Under the pieces are notes generated by a model. That model saw only the letters and a list, made by a program, of their open reading frames with translations. It did no database searches and was not told the origin of the DNA. Source: Oscillospiraceae bacterium (GTDB lineage: Bacteria; Bacillota; Clostridia; Oscillospirales; CAG-272). Taken from it: a DNA stretch of 64,000 nt. Location of the stretch: NCBI GenBank assembly GCA_015063625.1, contig SVTT01000007.1:12780-76779 (forward strand). Reading direction: 5' to 3'. Of the stretch, positions 1 to 10,469 are shown piece by piece. Within the stretch, counting starts at the first letter, position 1, and each line of letters opens with the position of its first letter. Made by a program: the position numbers and the translations under genes.

Positions 1-131
1 ATATCGCTAACAGTTTCTTATTCATATCTTCACCTACAAAGTATTATTTAACGTTCTGTTTATCGCCAGTTTCGCCTTTGTATTACAAAGGCATCGGGCA
101 AAGCCCATACCCCTAAGGTTACGCACATCCA

Positions 132-265
132 AAGGCTCCCTCCGGGAGGGAGCTGTCACCGAAGGTGACTGAGGGAGAGTGCGTTACAATGAAGTTAGCG
201 CAAAACTAAAGTCACGCAGGCTCCTTCCACCGCTAACGCGGTCCCCCTCCCTCTCGGAGGGAGGC
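132..265. repeat. REP/MITE-like multi-hairpin intergenic element
   Basis: Chain of stems: GGCTCCCT..AGGGAGCT, GTCA-CCGAAGG-TGAC, TGCGT..ACGCA, CCGC-TAAC-GCGG, CTCCCTC-TCG-GAGGGAG; non-coding. Confidence 0.65.
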
Positions 266-520
266 ATTTCGTTAGTTCCATTATATCACAAATCGGCAGA
301 GAAAACAAGTTCTCTGCCGATGTTTTCGTGCTGCTGATTCTCCGCTAAGAATGCAGAGAGAAGAGGCCGCCCTTGTTATCAGGAAATGATAGCAAGGGCG
401 GCTTTTAAGGCAGAAGCTCTGAGGAAATTCAATTTCAACGTGCATTTTCGGACCCATCGTTTTTGGATGCCCCCCATATCTGAATGCGGTAAGCTTTTTG
501 ATGAAATTTCGGAAATATGC

Positions 521-549
521 TTGACTTTCAAAAAACATCGGGTTATAAT
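521..549 (+). promoter_or_regulatory. sigmaA promoter
   Basis: TTGACT (521-526), 17 bp, TATAAT (544-549). Confidence 0.8.
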
Positions 550-624
550 GGCGGCAAAGAGCTCGGACCGGGCGGAGCTCTCCGCAATTTTTGTTTACAG
601 TCCGATGCTTGAAAGGAGAACAAA

Positions 625-1398
625 ATGTCTGAAAAGATCGTTCTGATTCTGGTTGACGGTATGCGTCCCGACGGCATGATGGAATGCGGCCACGCGTTCC
701 CTGCGGAATTTCTTAAAAAATCCTCGTATACTCTGAAGGCTCAGACTGTGATCCCCTCGGTCACGCTGCCCTGCCACGTATCGCTGTTCCACAGCGTGGA
801 TCCCGATCGCCACGGCACCATGACCAACACCTATGCCCAGCAGGTCCGTCCCATCAAGGGCATGTTTGATCAGTTTGATAAGCACGGCAAAAAGTGTGCC
901 TTTTTCTACACCTGGGAGGAGCTTCGTGATCTGAGCCGTCCCGACCATCTTCACACCGCGGTGTGCGTGAACCAGCACAAGCAGGAGGGCACCGACCGCA
1001 AGATCACCGATATCGCCCTTCAGTACATCGAAAAGGAGCGCCCCGATTTTACCTTTGTTTACCTTGGTGAGACCGACGAGCGCGGCGGCCATTCTCACGG
1101 CTGGATGAGCCCCGAGTATATGGAGTGCCTGCGCACCGCATGGGATTGCATCGAGCGCATTTACAATGAGCTTCCCGAGGGCTATACCATGATCGTGACT
1201 GCCGACCATGGCGGTCATGCACGCACTCACGGCACCACCATGCCCGAGGATATGACCACGCCCATGATCTTTAACGGGCCTCGCTTTGAGGCAGGCAAGG
1301 AGCTCTTTGATGTTTCCATCAAGGACGTTGCCGTCACCGCCGCCAAGCTGCTGGAGGTTCCCGCTGCCGACGAGTGGGAGGGCAAGGCACATTGCTGA
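625..1398 (+). CDS. Alkaline phosphatase superfamily / nucleotide pyrophosphatase-phosphodiesterase-like protein
   Basis: LILVDGMRPD, PSVTLPCH, D..GH and TADHGG motifs; RBS AAGGAG. Confidence 0.85.
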   Translation: MSEKIVLILVDGMRPDGMMECGHAFPAEFLKKSSYTLKAQTVIPSVTLPCHVSLFHSVDPDRHGTMTNTYAQQVRPIKGMFDQFDKHGKKCAFFYTWEELRDLSRPDHLHTAVCVNQHKQEGTDRKITDIALQYIEKERPDFTFVYLGETDERGGHSHGWMSPEYMECLRTAWDCIERIYNELPEGYTMIVTADHGGHARTHGTTMPEDMTTPMIFNGPRFEAGKELFDVSIKDVAVTAAKLLEVPAADEWEGKAHC

Positions 1399-1400
1399 TG

Positions 1401-1435
1401 AAAAAGAGCGCGAGATGTGATCTCGCGCTCTTTTT
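1401..1435 (+). terminator. Intrinsic terminator
   Basis: 16-bp stem AAAAAGAGCGCGAGAT/ATCTCGCGCTCTTTTT. Confidence 0.85.
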
Positions 1436-1524
1436 CTTTCTTTTGCACCATTTTTCGGCATTCTCATACAATGATATCGAGGGAGAGAACTTGCCCCTCC
1501 CAAAGCTTTGTAAGGAGGATCATT

Positions 1525-1617
1525 ATGAACAACTGTTTTGGCAATCTGCTTGGTGATAACAACTGCTGCTGGATCATTATCATTGCCCTGATCGTTCTTT
1601 GCTGCTGCTGCCACTGA
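1525..1617 (+). CDS. 30-aa Cys-rich hydrophobic mini-protein (MNNCFGNLLGDNNCCWIIIIALIVLCCCCH), probably sporulation-related
   Basis: Strong RBS AAGGAGG, own terminator, upstream CATACAAT (1465-1472) sigmaK/sigmaE-like -10. Confidence 0.75.
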   Translation: MNNCFGNLLGDNNCCWIIIIALIVLCCCCH

Positions 1618-1623
1618 CGCCCG

Positions 1624-1665
1624 ATGAAAAAGAGGGGGATCCCATGGGATCCCCCTCTTTTCATT
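1624..1665. terminator. Bidirectional terminator
   Basis: Perfect 42-bp palindrome between convergent genes, with A/T tracts. Confidence 0.85.
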
Positions 1666-1666
1666 G

Positions 1667-2746
1667 TCAGATCACGCGATCATGCGTGAGTGCATCGTCG
1701 ATGTCAACGGGTGTACCAAGCTCATCCGAGCGGAACGCCGCCTCCATCACGGTGAGCGAGCGAAGCAGCTGTGCGTGCGTGACGATCTGATTTTCCTTGC
1801 CGTCGATGGCGGCGGCAAAGTTGCGGTAAAAATCGTGCACGTCCATCACAGGACGGGGAATCATCTCCTCGTAGGTGGTCTTTTCGTCGCGGGGTGCCAT
1901 GGTCTTGGTAAAGCCTGCGGAGGTTACCACGGGGGCAACGTCCTTGTCCTCCCACGTGCGGCAGAGCACCAGACGGCACTCATCCCTCCAATCGTGAACG
2001 ACACCTGTGCCGTTCACGCCCGCAATGTAAAAGCGAGGCAGGGAGATGAAGTTGGTGGTGCCGACCTCTATGCGGGCGGTAAGTCCCCCTTCAAAATACA
2101 TATCAAGCTTGAAGCCGTCATCTACCTCGTCGTTGGTGATGTGATCGCAACGGCAATAGACCTTCTCGACGCGTCTGTCGTCAACGATGCCGAGCATCTG
2201 GTCAATGAGGTGTACGCCCCAGTCATAGATCATGCCGCCGCCGTGCTCTTTTTTTCCGCGCCAGTCGCCGGGAATGCCGCGCGAGCCCTGATAGCGGGAT
2301 TCGATGGCGGTCACGCGCCCCAGCTTTCCGCTGTGATAGGCAGTGCGTACCATCTGGTAGTCGCAGTCCCAGCGGCGGTTCTGGTGTGCGGTGAAGAGCA
2401 TGCCGGTCTGCTTCGATACAGCAATGATCTCCTCAAGATCGGCAACCGTCAGTGTTACGGGCTTTTCGGAGATGACGTGCTTGCCCGCACGCATGGCGGC
2501 GATGGCAAGGGGCTTATGCCACTCGTTGGGGGTGGCGATGGTGATAAAGTCCACACGGGGGTCGGCAAGGACCTCCTCGAAGGAAGCGTAGGCATGAATG
2601 CCGTTTTCCTCTGCCGCACGACAGCGCTCCTCCTTGATGTCATAGACGCCGAGCAGCTCCACAGCGCCTGCCTCCAGAATGTGACGGGCGTGCCAGCCGC
2701 CCATGCCGCCGTAGCCGACGATCACGCATTTCTTCAAATTTTTCAT
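1667..2746 (-). CDS. Gfo/Idh/MocA family oxidoreductase
   Basis: GYGGMG Rossmann motif, HVISEKP, NRRWD, DWGVHLID. Confidence 0.9.
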   Translation of the reverse strand: MKNLKKCVIVGYGGMGGWHARHILEAGAVELLGVYDIKEERCRAAEENGIHAYASFEEVLADPRVDFITIATPNEWHKPLAIAAMRAGKHVISEKPVTLTVADLEEIIAVSKQTGMLFTAHQNRRWDCDYQMVRTAYHSGKLGRVTAIESRYQGSRGIPGDWRGKKEHGGGMIYDWGVHLIDQMLGIVDDRRVEKVYCRCDHITNDEVDDGFKLDMYFEGGLTARIEVGTTNFISLPRFYIAGVNGTGVVHDWRDECRLVLCRTWEDKDVAPVVTSAGFTKTMAPRDEKTTYEEMIPRPVMDVHDFYRNFAAAIDGKENQIVTHAQLLRSLTVMEAAFRSDELGTPVDIDDALTHDRVI

Positions 2747-3043
2747 TGCTTTCTCCCTTCAAAAAAACTTGATGGGTGTTCACACCGTAGTGTCTTTGCT
2801 TTATTTTATTCGCTAAGGTCGCCTTTGTCAATGCACACCAAAGGCGCAAATGGGTAAAATCGTCCACAAGAATATGATAGAACAAAAAATGGTGACTTGC
2901 AAGACATTTTTGGCGAAGGATCGGACATATTTTGGTGCTTTGGGGGAGGACTTGGCGGAAAAATTCAAAAAAACCGTTGTGCGGAGCAGGGAGAGTATGG
3001 TATAATAGCAATTGAAATTAAGATCGCTTAAAAAGAGGTACAC

Positions 3044-4864
3044 ATGGCAACATCCGAAAGACAGTCGCACATCCGCAATTTTTCCATCATTGCGCATATC
3101 GATCATGGCAAATCCACGCTCGCGGATCGATTGCTTGAGGCAACGCAGACCGTTTCCAAGCGCGATATGGAGGAGCAGGTGCTTGACAATATGGAGCTCG
3201 AAAAGGAGAGGGGCATCACCATCAAGGCGCGTGCCGTTCGCCTTTCCTATACCGCGCAAAACGGGGAGATCTATGACTTGAATCTGATCGACACGCCCGG
3301 TCACGTTGACTTTAACTACGAGGTGTCGCGCTCGCTCAACGCTTGTGAGGGTGCCTTGTTGGTGGTGGACGCCACACAGGGAATTGAGGCGCAGACTCTT
3401 GCCAATGCCTACCTTGCCGTAGATTCGAACCTTGAGATCCTGCCCGTCATCAATAAGATCGACCTGCCCTCGGCGGATATCGACGGCACGCGCCGCGAGA
3501 TCGAGGACGTGATCGGCATCCCTGCCATGGATTGCCCTGCAGTTTCGGCAAAGGTGGGACTCAATATCCCCGACGTGCTGGAGCATATCATCACCGATAT
3601 TCCCGCTCCCACAGGAGATGAGGACGCTCCCTTGAAGGCGCTGATCTTCGATTCCTATTACGACAGCTATCTCGGTGTCGTGGTCTACGTGCGCGTGGTG
3701 GACGGCTGCGTCAAGAGTGGCGATACCATCAGACTGATGAGCACCGGCAAGACCTTTGAGGTGGTGGATGTAGGTGTCATGGATCCCTTCGGTCTGTCAA
3801 AGCGCGAGGAGCTTCGCGCAGGCGAGGTGGGTTATCTGACCGCCTCCATCAAGAGTGTGGGTGACACGCGCGTGGGCGATACCGTCACGCTTGCCGAGCG
3901 CCCCGCAAAGGAGGCTCTGCCCGGCTTCAAGGCAGTCCAACCCATGGTCTATGCGGGCATTTACCCCGCAGACGGATCGCGTTACGGCGACCTGCGCGAT
4001 GCGCTTGAGAAGCTGCAGCTTAACGATGCGGCGCTTTCCTTTGAGCCCGAAACCTCCGTGGCACTCGGCTTTGGCTACCGTTGCGGCTTCCTGGGGCTCC
4101 TCCATATGGAGATCATTGAGGAGCGCCTTGAGCGCGAATTCAATCTGGATCTGATCACCACTGCCCCCAGCGTCATTTATGAGATCACCAAGCGTGACGG
4201 CGAGATGGTGCGGATCGATAATCCCACCAACTACCCCGATCCTGCCGAGATCGAGTCGGCGGCAGAGCCCATCGTGCGCGCCTCCATCATCACACCCACC
4301 GACTATGTGGGTGGGCTGATGGATCTTTGCCAGGATCGCCGCGGAGAGTTTGTTGATATGAAATATCTGGATCAGCAGCGCGTGGAATTGCACTACCGTC
4401 TGCCCCTTAATGAGATCATTTACGACTTTTTTGATGCCCTGAAGAGCCGTTCGCGCGGCTATGCCTCGCTCGATTACGAGCTGGAGGGATACGTGGAGAG
4501 CAAGCTTGTCAAGCTTGATTTTCTCCTGAACGGCGAGCAGGTCGATGCGCTTTCCTTCATCGTTCATGAGGAAAAGGCGTACGGCCGTGCGCGCAGGATC
4601 GCCGAGAAGCTGAAGGACAACATTCCGCGTCAGCTCTTTGAGATCCCGATCCAAGCGGCGATCGGCTCAAAGATCATTGCACGAGAAACCGTGAAGGCGA
4701 TGCGAAAGGACGTGCTTGCCAAGTGCTACGGCGGTGATATCACCCGTAAGAAGAAGCTGCTTGAAAAGCAAAAAGAGGGCAAGAAAAAGATGCGCCAGCT
4801 CGGCTCGGTGCAGGTTTCTCCCGAGGCGTTCATGGCGGTCCTCAAGCTTGACGATGATGACTGA
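3044..4864 (+). CDS. lepA: Elongation factor 4 (LepA)
   Basis: [45 protein letters not shown]. Confidence 0.98.
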   Translation: MATSERQSHIRNFSIIAHIDHGKSTLADRLLEATQTVSKRDMEEQVLDNMELEKERGITIKARAVRLSYTAQNGEIYDLNLIDTPGHVDFNYEVSRSLNACEGALLVVDATQGIEAQTLANAYLAVDSNLEILPVINKIDLPSADIDGTRREIEDVIGIPAMDCPAVSAKVGLNIPDVLEHIITDIPAPTGDEDAPLKALIFDSYYDSYLGVVVYVRVVDGCVKSGDTIRLMSTGKTFEVVDVGVMDPFGLSKREELRAGEVGYLTASIKSVGDTRVGDTVTLAERPAKEALPGFKAVQPMVYAGIYPADGSRYGDLRDALEKLQLNDAALSFEPETSVALGFGYRCGFLGLLHMEIIEERLEREFNLDLITTAPSVIYEITKRDGEMVRIDNPTNYPDPAEIESAAEPIVRASIITPTDYVGGLMDLCQDRRGEFVDMKYLDQQRVELHYRLPLNEIIYDFFDALKSRSRGYASLDYELEGYVESKLVKLDFLLNGEQVDALSFIVHEEKAYGRARRIAEKLKDNIPRQLFEIPIQAAIGSKIIARETVKAMRKDVLAKCYGGDITRKKKLLEKQKEGKKKMRQLGSVQVSPEAFMAVLKLDDDD

Positions 4865-6008
4865 AAGCACGCTGGGGCTCTATCTCCATATCCCCTTTTG
4901 TCTTGGGAAGTGTGCCTATTGCGATTTCCATTCCGGCAAGGCAAGCGCGGCGACACGCGCGGCGTACGTCGCCGCGCTTTGCCGTCAGCTTGAAAAAAAC
5001 GCACCCCGTGCGGCTGCATATACGGTTGACACCGTGTATATCGGGGGAGGTACGCCTACGGTGCTTTGTGCCGAGCCGCTTTCTCTTATTTTAGATGCCG
5101 TGGCGGCGCATTACCGCCTTGCCGCGGATGCCGAGATCACGGTGGAATGCAATCCTGCCACGGGAGATAAGGCGCTGTTTGATATGCTTGTCGCCAAGGG
5201 CGTGAACCGCCTCAGCATCGGCTTGCAGAGCATACACGAGGCAGAGCTGCACGCGCTTGGGCGGTTGCATGATTTTGCCGACTTTTGTACGACCTACGAG
5301 ACAGCCCGCCGTGCGGGCATTTCCAATATCAACGTGGATCTGATGCTGGGCATTCCGCATCAGACTCTATCCTCGCTCGGTGCAACGCTGGATGCCGTGC
5401 TGGCGCTTTTCCCTGATCATCTCTCGGCGTACGGGCTTCGCCTTGAGGAGGGGACCCCTCTTTACGAGCGCCGAGAAGTGCTGACCCTGCCCGATGACGA
5501 CACCGTGGCGGATATGCAGGAGCTGACAGCAAGGCGGCTTGCAGGGGCAGGCTTTTTGCATTATGAGGTCAGCAATTATGCGCGCAACCGCCGCTTCTCG
5601 CGCCACAATCTCCGCTATTGGAGATCCTTACCGTATCTCGGCTTTGGCGCAGGTGCACATTCCTATTTCGAGGGCGTGCGCTTTTTCACCCCTCCCGATA
5701 ACGCGAGCTATCTTGCTGCCGTGGCGGCGGATGACCGTGCGGCGCTTGAATGTGAGCCGCACACCATTGAGGGCGAGGAGCTGCGCGACGAGTACGTCAT
5801 GCTGCGTATGCGCCTGTTCGAGGGCATTGATGAGGCGGAGTTCAAGGCGCGCTTCGGCGCCTCCTTTGAGGAGGTCTACGGCTCCCTTTCCCGATTGGAG
5901 AAGGGTGGGCTTTTGAGGCGCGAGGGAGGGCGGATCGCCTTCACCGAGCGCGGCATGTACGTCAGTAACACCATTCTTGCGGATTGGCTTTCCTTCGGGG
6001 AAGCATGA
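4854..6008 (+). CDS. hemW: Radical SAM heme chaperone HemW (HemN-like)
   Basis: LYLHIPFC...C.YCDF, GGGTPT, YEVSNY; overlaps the lepA stop; start moved from the ORF track. Confidence 0.9.
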   Translation: MMTESTLGLYLHIPFCLGKCAYCDFHSGKASAATRAAYVAALCRQLEKNAPRAAAYTVDTVYIGGGTPTVLCAEPLSLILDAVAAHYRLAADAEITVECNPATGDKALFDMLVAKGVNRLSIGLQSIHEAELHALGRLHDFADFCTTYETARRAGISNINVDLMLGIPHQTLSSLGATLDAVLALFPDHLSAYGLRLEEGTPLYERREVLTLPDDDTVADMQELTARRLAGAGFLHYEVSNYARNRRFSRHNLRYWRSLPYLGFGAGAHSYFEGVRFFTPPDNASYLAAVAADDRAALECEPHTIEGEELRDEYVMLRMRLFEGIDEAEFKARFGASFEEVYGSLSRLEKGGLLRREGGRIAFTERGMYVSNTILADWLSFGEA

Positions 6009-6024
6009 TCGAAAGGAGCTTATC

Positions 6025-7101
6025 TTGACACGTCTGTGTGCTTTTCGCGAGCGCATGCCGCAGGAGATCGGCGCGGCGCTCATCTCGTCCCCTCAAAATC
6101 AGTTTTATCTTTCCTCCTTCCATTTCAGTGACGGCTATTTGCTTGTGCTCCGTGACGAGGCCTTTTTGCTGACCGATCCTCGCTATGCCGAGGCAGCAAG
6201 GCGTGAGGCGTCCGCGGAATTCACCGTCGTACTTTCAGAGAAAGGGATGCTTTCTCACGTGGCAGAGCTGCTCGCCGAGCGCGGCGTGAACTCGCTTTGG
6301 CTGGAGGAAGCGCACGCCACCCTTTCGCTGTGCGACAGACTCAAGGAGCTTCTTGTCGGTGTTACCGTAAGGGGAGGTGCCTCCCGTGAGATCTCCTCTC
6401 TGCGTGCCGTGAAGGACGAGGCGGAGATCGATGCGATCATGCGTGCGCAGGGGATCACCGATCGCGCCTTTTCTCACATCCTATCCTATCTGCGCCCGGG
6501 TGTGCGCGAGCTTGACGTGGCGTGCGAGCTGGAGTATTTTATGCGCAAGCAGGGCGCGCAGGCGCCTGCCTTCGATACCATTGCCGTGTCGGGCAGCGCA
6601 TCCTCGCTCCCACATGGCGTTCCCCGTGACCGCGTGCTGGAGAGGGGCTTTCTTACCATGGATTTCGGCGCCCGTTTTGGGGGATATTGCTCGGATATGA
6701 CCAGAACCGTCGTCATCGGCAGAGCCGATGGAGAGATGAAGCGGCTTTACCGCACCGTGCTGACGGCACAGCAGGCGGCGTTGGATGCCGCCGCTGCGGG
6801 ATACGCGCTCTCTGCGCTGGACGGTGTGGCGCGCGAGATCATTGACGGCGCGGGCTATCGCGGCTGCTTCGGTCACTCGCTCGGCCACGGTGTGGGCATC
6901 GATATTCACGAGGCACCTCGGCTGTCGGCACGCACACCGGTGGAGGAGGTGCTGATGCCGGGTCACGTGGTGACGGTGGAGCCGGGAATTTATCTTGAAG
7001 GAAAATACGGCTGCCGTATCGAGGATATGATCGCCGTGCGTGCAGATGGAAGCATTCTCAACCTGACGGCGAGCACCAAGGAGCTCATTGAGGTGCTTTG
7101 A
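6025..7101 (+). CDS. Xaa-Pro aminopeptidase (M24 family)
   Basis: DFGA, SDMTRT, GHGVGIDIHE, TVEPGIY, RIED; TTG start after GAAAGGAG. Confidence 0.92.
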   Translation: MTRLCAFRERMPQEIGAALISSPQNQFYLSSFHFSDGYLLVLRDEAFLLTDPRYAEAARREASAEFTVVLSEKGMLSHVAELLAERGVNSLWLEEAHATLSLCDRLKELLVGVTVRGGASREISSLRAVKDEAEIDAIMRAQGITDRAFSHILSYLRPGVRELDVACELEYFMRKQGAQAPAFDTIAVSGSASSLPHGVPRDRVLERGFLTMDFGARFGGYCSDMTRTVVIGRADGEMKRLYRTVLTAQQAALDAAAAGYALSALDGVAREIIDGAGYRGCFGHSLGHGVGIDIHEAPRLSARTPVEEVLMPGHVVTVEPGIYLEGKYGCRIEDMIAVRADGSILNLTASTKELIEVL

Positions 7102-7631
7102 TGAACGTATTGGTGCTTTCGGATTCTCACGGCAGGCGGGATCGTCTTTCCCTTGCGCTGGAGCGCACCGGGGCGCACACGGTGCTCTTTCTCGGTGACG
7201 GTCTTCGTGATCTTGACGAGGTGGATGAGCGCGTGACGGTGTATGCCGTGCGGGGCAACTGTGATTGGTATTCTGCTTGGGATGCCCCCGACCGCCGCGT
7301 GGAGATCCTTGGCGGCTATCGCCTGTTTCTCTGCCACGGTCACACCTACGGCGTCAAGAGTGGGCTTGACCGCGCCATCCTTGCGGCGCACGAGGCGAAT
7401 GCCGACGTTCTGCTTTACGGACACACGCACATTCCGTTTGAAAGGACGCTTGCGGCGGGAACCGTGCTTTCCCCCGACAGGGTGCTTCAAAAGCCACTGC
7501 TGGTGGTCTGTCCCGGCAGCATCGGTCATCCTCCCTGCGGTTCTTTTCCCTCGTTTGCCACACTGGAGCTGCGCCCCGAGGGGGTGCTTGCGGGCTTCGG
7601 CAAGCTCACTGCCCACTCCGATCGCCCGTAG
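7101..7631 (+). CDS. YfcE/YsnB-like metallophosphoesterase
   Basis: SDSHG, GD, RGNCD, HGH, GHTH motifs. Confidence 0.88.
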   Translation: MNVLVLSDSHGRRDRLSLALERTGAHTVLFLGDGLRDLDEVDERVTVYAVRGNCDWYSAWDAPDRRVEILGGYRLFLCHGHTYGVKSGLDRAILAAHEANADVLLYGHTHIPFERTLAAGTVLSPDRVLQKPLLVVCPGSIGHPPCGSFPSFATLELRPEGVLAGFGKLTAHSDRP

Positions 7632-7770
7632 CCTTGCGCTCCGACTCTTGATCATACTCTCGCCGATGGCGATACGCCACAGCATGGAGATCCGCAGTGA
7701 TCCTCCATGCCGTGGCGCTTTTTTACTGATACGGTGCTTTCGGTGCGCGGTGTGATTTTTCGGAAAACGC

Positions 7771-7830
7771 TTGACAGATCTCCCTCTTTTGGTGTATACT
7801 GTAAGCAGAACATTTGAACAATTGTTCAAA
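7771..7830 (+). promoter_or_regulatory. sigmaA promoter plus ArsR/SmtB-type operator
   Basis: TTGACA (7771), TATACT (7795), perfect palindrome TTTGAACAATTGTTCAAA (7813-7830). Confidence 0.8.
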
Positions 7831-7849
7831 CGACGAAAGGAGGTGTGCT

Positions 7850-8215
7850 ATGAATCGGGAGCAGGTGCCAAGCTGTGAATTTTTGCACGCGCATCGGGAT
7901 GTGGTTGCCCGCGTCAAGGGGCGCTTGCCGAGCGATGATGCGCTGGGCGATCTTGCCGAGCTTTATCACATCTTCGGGGACAGCACGCGCATCCGTATAC
8001 TGTATGCGCTGTTTGAAAGTGAGCTTTGTGTGTGCGATATCGCTACGCTGCTGGGGATGACCGTATCTGCCATCTCTCACCAGCTGCGCCTTTTAAAAAG
8101 TGCCTCGCTGGTCAGGTGGCGGCGCGAGGGAAAGACGGTGTTTTATGCTCTTGCCGATGATCATGTGCGGCGCATTCTTGATCAGGGCATGGAGCACGTG
8201 AACGAAGAGCATTGA
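7850..8215 (+). CDS. ArsR/SmtB (CadC/CzrA-like) metal-sensing repressor
   Basis: FGDSTRIRIL, ELCVCDIA, SAISHQLR, DDHV motifs. Confidence 0.92.
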   Translation: MNREQVPSCEFLHAHRDVVARVKGRLPSDDALGDLAELYHIFGDSTRIRILYALFESELCVCDIATLLGMTVSAISHQLRLLKSASLVRWRREGKTVFYALADDHVRRILDQGMEHVNEEH

Positions 8216-8227
8216 AAGGAGAACGTG

Positions 8228-8452
8228 ATGAGAAGGGTATTTCGGATGGAGGAGCTGGAGTGCGCGCATTGCGCGGCACGCATGGAGGAGGGGATCCGCA
8301 AGCTGAAGGGCGTCAAGGAGGCATCGGTGAATTTTCTGACCGCCAAGCTGACGCTTGATGTCGAGGATGATATGTTTGAAAAGGTGCTGAAGGAGGCAGA
8401 GAGGATCTGCCGTAAGATCGAACGGCACTGCCGCATCGTCGCCGAGTCATGA
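8228..8452 (+). CDS. HMA-domain metal-binding protein
   Basis: LECAHCAARME motif, 74 aa, upstream of the P-type ATPase. Confidence 0.88.
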   Translation: MRRVFRMEELECAHCAARMEEGIRKLKGVKEASVNFLTAKLTLDVEDDMFEKVLKEAERICRKIERHCRIVAES

Positions 8453-10338
8453 GTCGACGGCAAAGACGTACCGCGTGGCGCATCCTTGCGTCGTCCCTGC
8501 TGCTGCTTGCCGCATTTGCGGCAGAGCGTCTGCTGCCACGCGATCTCGGCACTCTGCCAACGCTGCTGCTGTATTTGCCCGCCTATCTGACGGCGGGCTA
8601 TGACGTATTGCTGGCGGCGGGACGAAGCATTTTGTCGGGACAGGTGTTTGACGAGCATTTTTTAATGGCGATCGCCACGCTTGGTGCACTTTCGATCGGA
8701 TTTTTGCCGGGGGGAGGGCACGAGTTTGCCGAGGCGGTCTTTGTGATGGTCTTTTACCAGGTGGGTGAGCTGTTCCAGAGCGTGGCGGTTTCAAGAAGCC
8801 GTCGCTCGATCGCGGCGCTGATGGATATCAAGCCCGAGACCGCACGCGTGCTCCGCGACGGTACGGAGCAGGAGATCTCTCCCGAGTCTGTTGCCGTGGG
8901 TGAAACGGTGCTGGTGCGCCCCGGAGAGCGCATTCCGCTTGACGGTGTGATCCTCGAGGGGATCTCGGATGTCAGCACGGTGGCGCTGACGGGTGAATCG
9001 CTTCCCGTTTCGGTACGGGAGGGTGACACCGTGATGGGGGGCAGCACCAATCTTTCGGGGCTTCTGATGATTCGCGCTCTGCGCCCCTTTGCCGAGTCCT
9101 CGGCTTCGCGTATCCTCGCGCTGATGGAGCATGCCTCTGCCAAAAAATCAAAAAGCGAGCGCTTCATCACGCGCTTTGCACGGTATTATACCCCTGCGGT
9201 GGTGGTGGCGGCGATCCTGCTTGCCATTCTGCCTCCGCTTGCCTCGGGTGCGTTTTCTGCCGCATTTCCCGTGTGGCTTGCCCGTGCGCTCACCTTTTTG
9301 GTGATCTCCTGCCCCTGCGCGCTGGTCATATCGGTCCCTCTCTCCTTTTTCGGAGGACTTGGCGGTGCCGCGCGCTTCGGCGTGCTGGTCAAGGGTGCCG
9401 ACAGCCTTGAAATGCTGGCGGGTGTGCGGACCGTGGTGTTTGACAAAACGGGAACGCTGACCAAGGGAAGACTGGCTGTGACGCGCGTTGTCGCTCTGAG
9501 GGGAGATGAACGGGAGCTGCTCGCCCTTGCCGCATCGGCGGAGGCAAGCTCCAATCATCCTGTGGCGCTGGCGCTGCGGGATTCGTTGCCGGCTGCCGTC
9601 ACACCTGCCACCGAGCTGCGTGAGCTGGCAGGCAGGGGCGTGATCGCCAAGGTCGCGGGTGAGGAGATCGCCGTAGGCAACGCGCTTCTGATGGAGGAGG
9701 CGGGTGTGGTATTTACCCCTGCCAACGAGATAGGGACGGTGGTTTACGTGGCACGTGAAGGCACTTATCTCGGGTATATCCTGATCTGCGATCAGATAAA
9801 GGAAAGCGCGGAGGCAAGCGTTTGTGCACTGCGTCATGTGGGTGTCACGCGTACCGTGATGCTCACGGGCGACCGAAAGGCAGTCGCCGATGCCGTCGCA
9901 CGGGCAGTCGGCATCGATACGGTGCATGCCGAGCTGCTGCCCGAGGAAAAGCTGACTGCGGTAGAGGGCATGCTTGCCGCGCACGATGGGAGCAGAGTTG
10001 CCTTTGTGGGTGACGGTATGAACGATGCTCCTGTGCTTGCCCGCGCCGATGTCGGCATTGCTATGGGTGCGCTTGGCTCGGATGCTGCGATCGAGGCGGC
10101 AGATGTGGTGCTGACCGATGATGATCCCACCAAGGTCGCACGCGTGATCAGACATGCACGCCGTACTCTTTCGATCGTGCGGCAGAACATCGTGCTCGCG
10201 CTGACCGTCAAGGGGGCGGTGCTCATTCTCTCCGCATTCGGACTGCTCGGTGCGTGGCAGATGCCCTTCGCTGTTTTCGCTGATGTGGGCGTGGCGGTGA
10301 TCGCCATTCTCAACGCCATGCGTGCGCTCAAAGCATAA
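8449..10338 (+). CDS. cadA: Heavy-metal translocating P1B-type ATPase (Cd/Zn/Pb type)
   Basis: TGES, CPC, DKTGT, SNHP, GDGMNDAP. Confidence 0.93.
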   Translation: MSRRQRRTAWRILASSLLLLAAFAAERLLPRDLGTLPTLLLYLPAYLTAGYDVLLAAGRSILSGQVFDEHFLMAIATLGALSIGFLPGGGHEFAEAVFVMVFYQVGELFQSVAVSRSRRSIAALMDIKPETARVLRDGTEQEISPESVAVGETVLVRPGERIPLDGVILEGISDVSTVALTGESLPVSVREGDTVMGGSTNLSGLLMIRALRPFAESSASRILALMEHASAKKSKSERFITRFARYYTPAVVVAAILLAILPPLASGAFSAAFPVWLARALTFLVISCPCALVISVPLSFFGGLGGAARFGVLVKGADSLEMLAGVRTVVFDKTGTLTKGRLAVTRVVALRGDERELLALAASAEASSNHPVALALRDSLPAAVTPATELRELAGRGVIAKVAGEEIAVGNALLMEEAGVVFTPANEIGTVVYVAREGTYLGYILICDQIKESAEASVCALRHVGVTRTVMLTGDRKAVADAVARAVGIDTVHAELLPEEKLTAVEGMLAAHDGSRVAFVGDGMNDAPVLARADVGIAMGALGSDAAIEAADVVLTDDDPTKVARVIRHARRTLSIVRQNIVLALTVKGAVLILSAFGLLGAWQMPFAVFADVGVAVIAILNAMRALKA

Positions 10339-10340
10339 AG

Positions 10341-10386
10341 AAGCACCTGTGGCACACGATTTGCGTTGTGTGCCACAGGTGCTTTT
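10341..10386 (+). terminator. Intrinsic terminator
   Basis: 17-bp stem AAGCACCTGTGGCACAC/GTGTGCCACAGGTGCTT followed by T tract. Confidence 0.8.
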
Positions 10387-10469
10387 GCGATAATGGGGAT
10401 GTTTTGGTCTAAATTGAACCTGTGCAAATTGCTTTGCGGCGATCTCGTTATAAAGCGAGGTCCTTGCCC

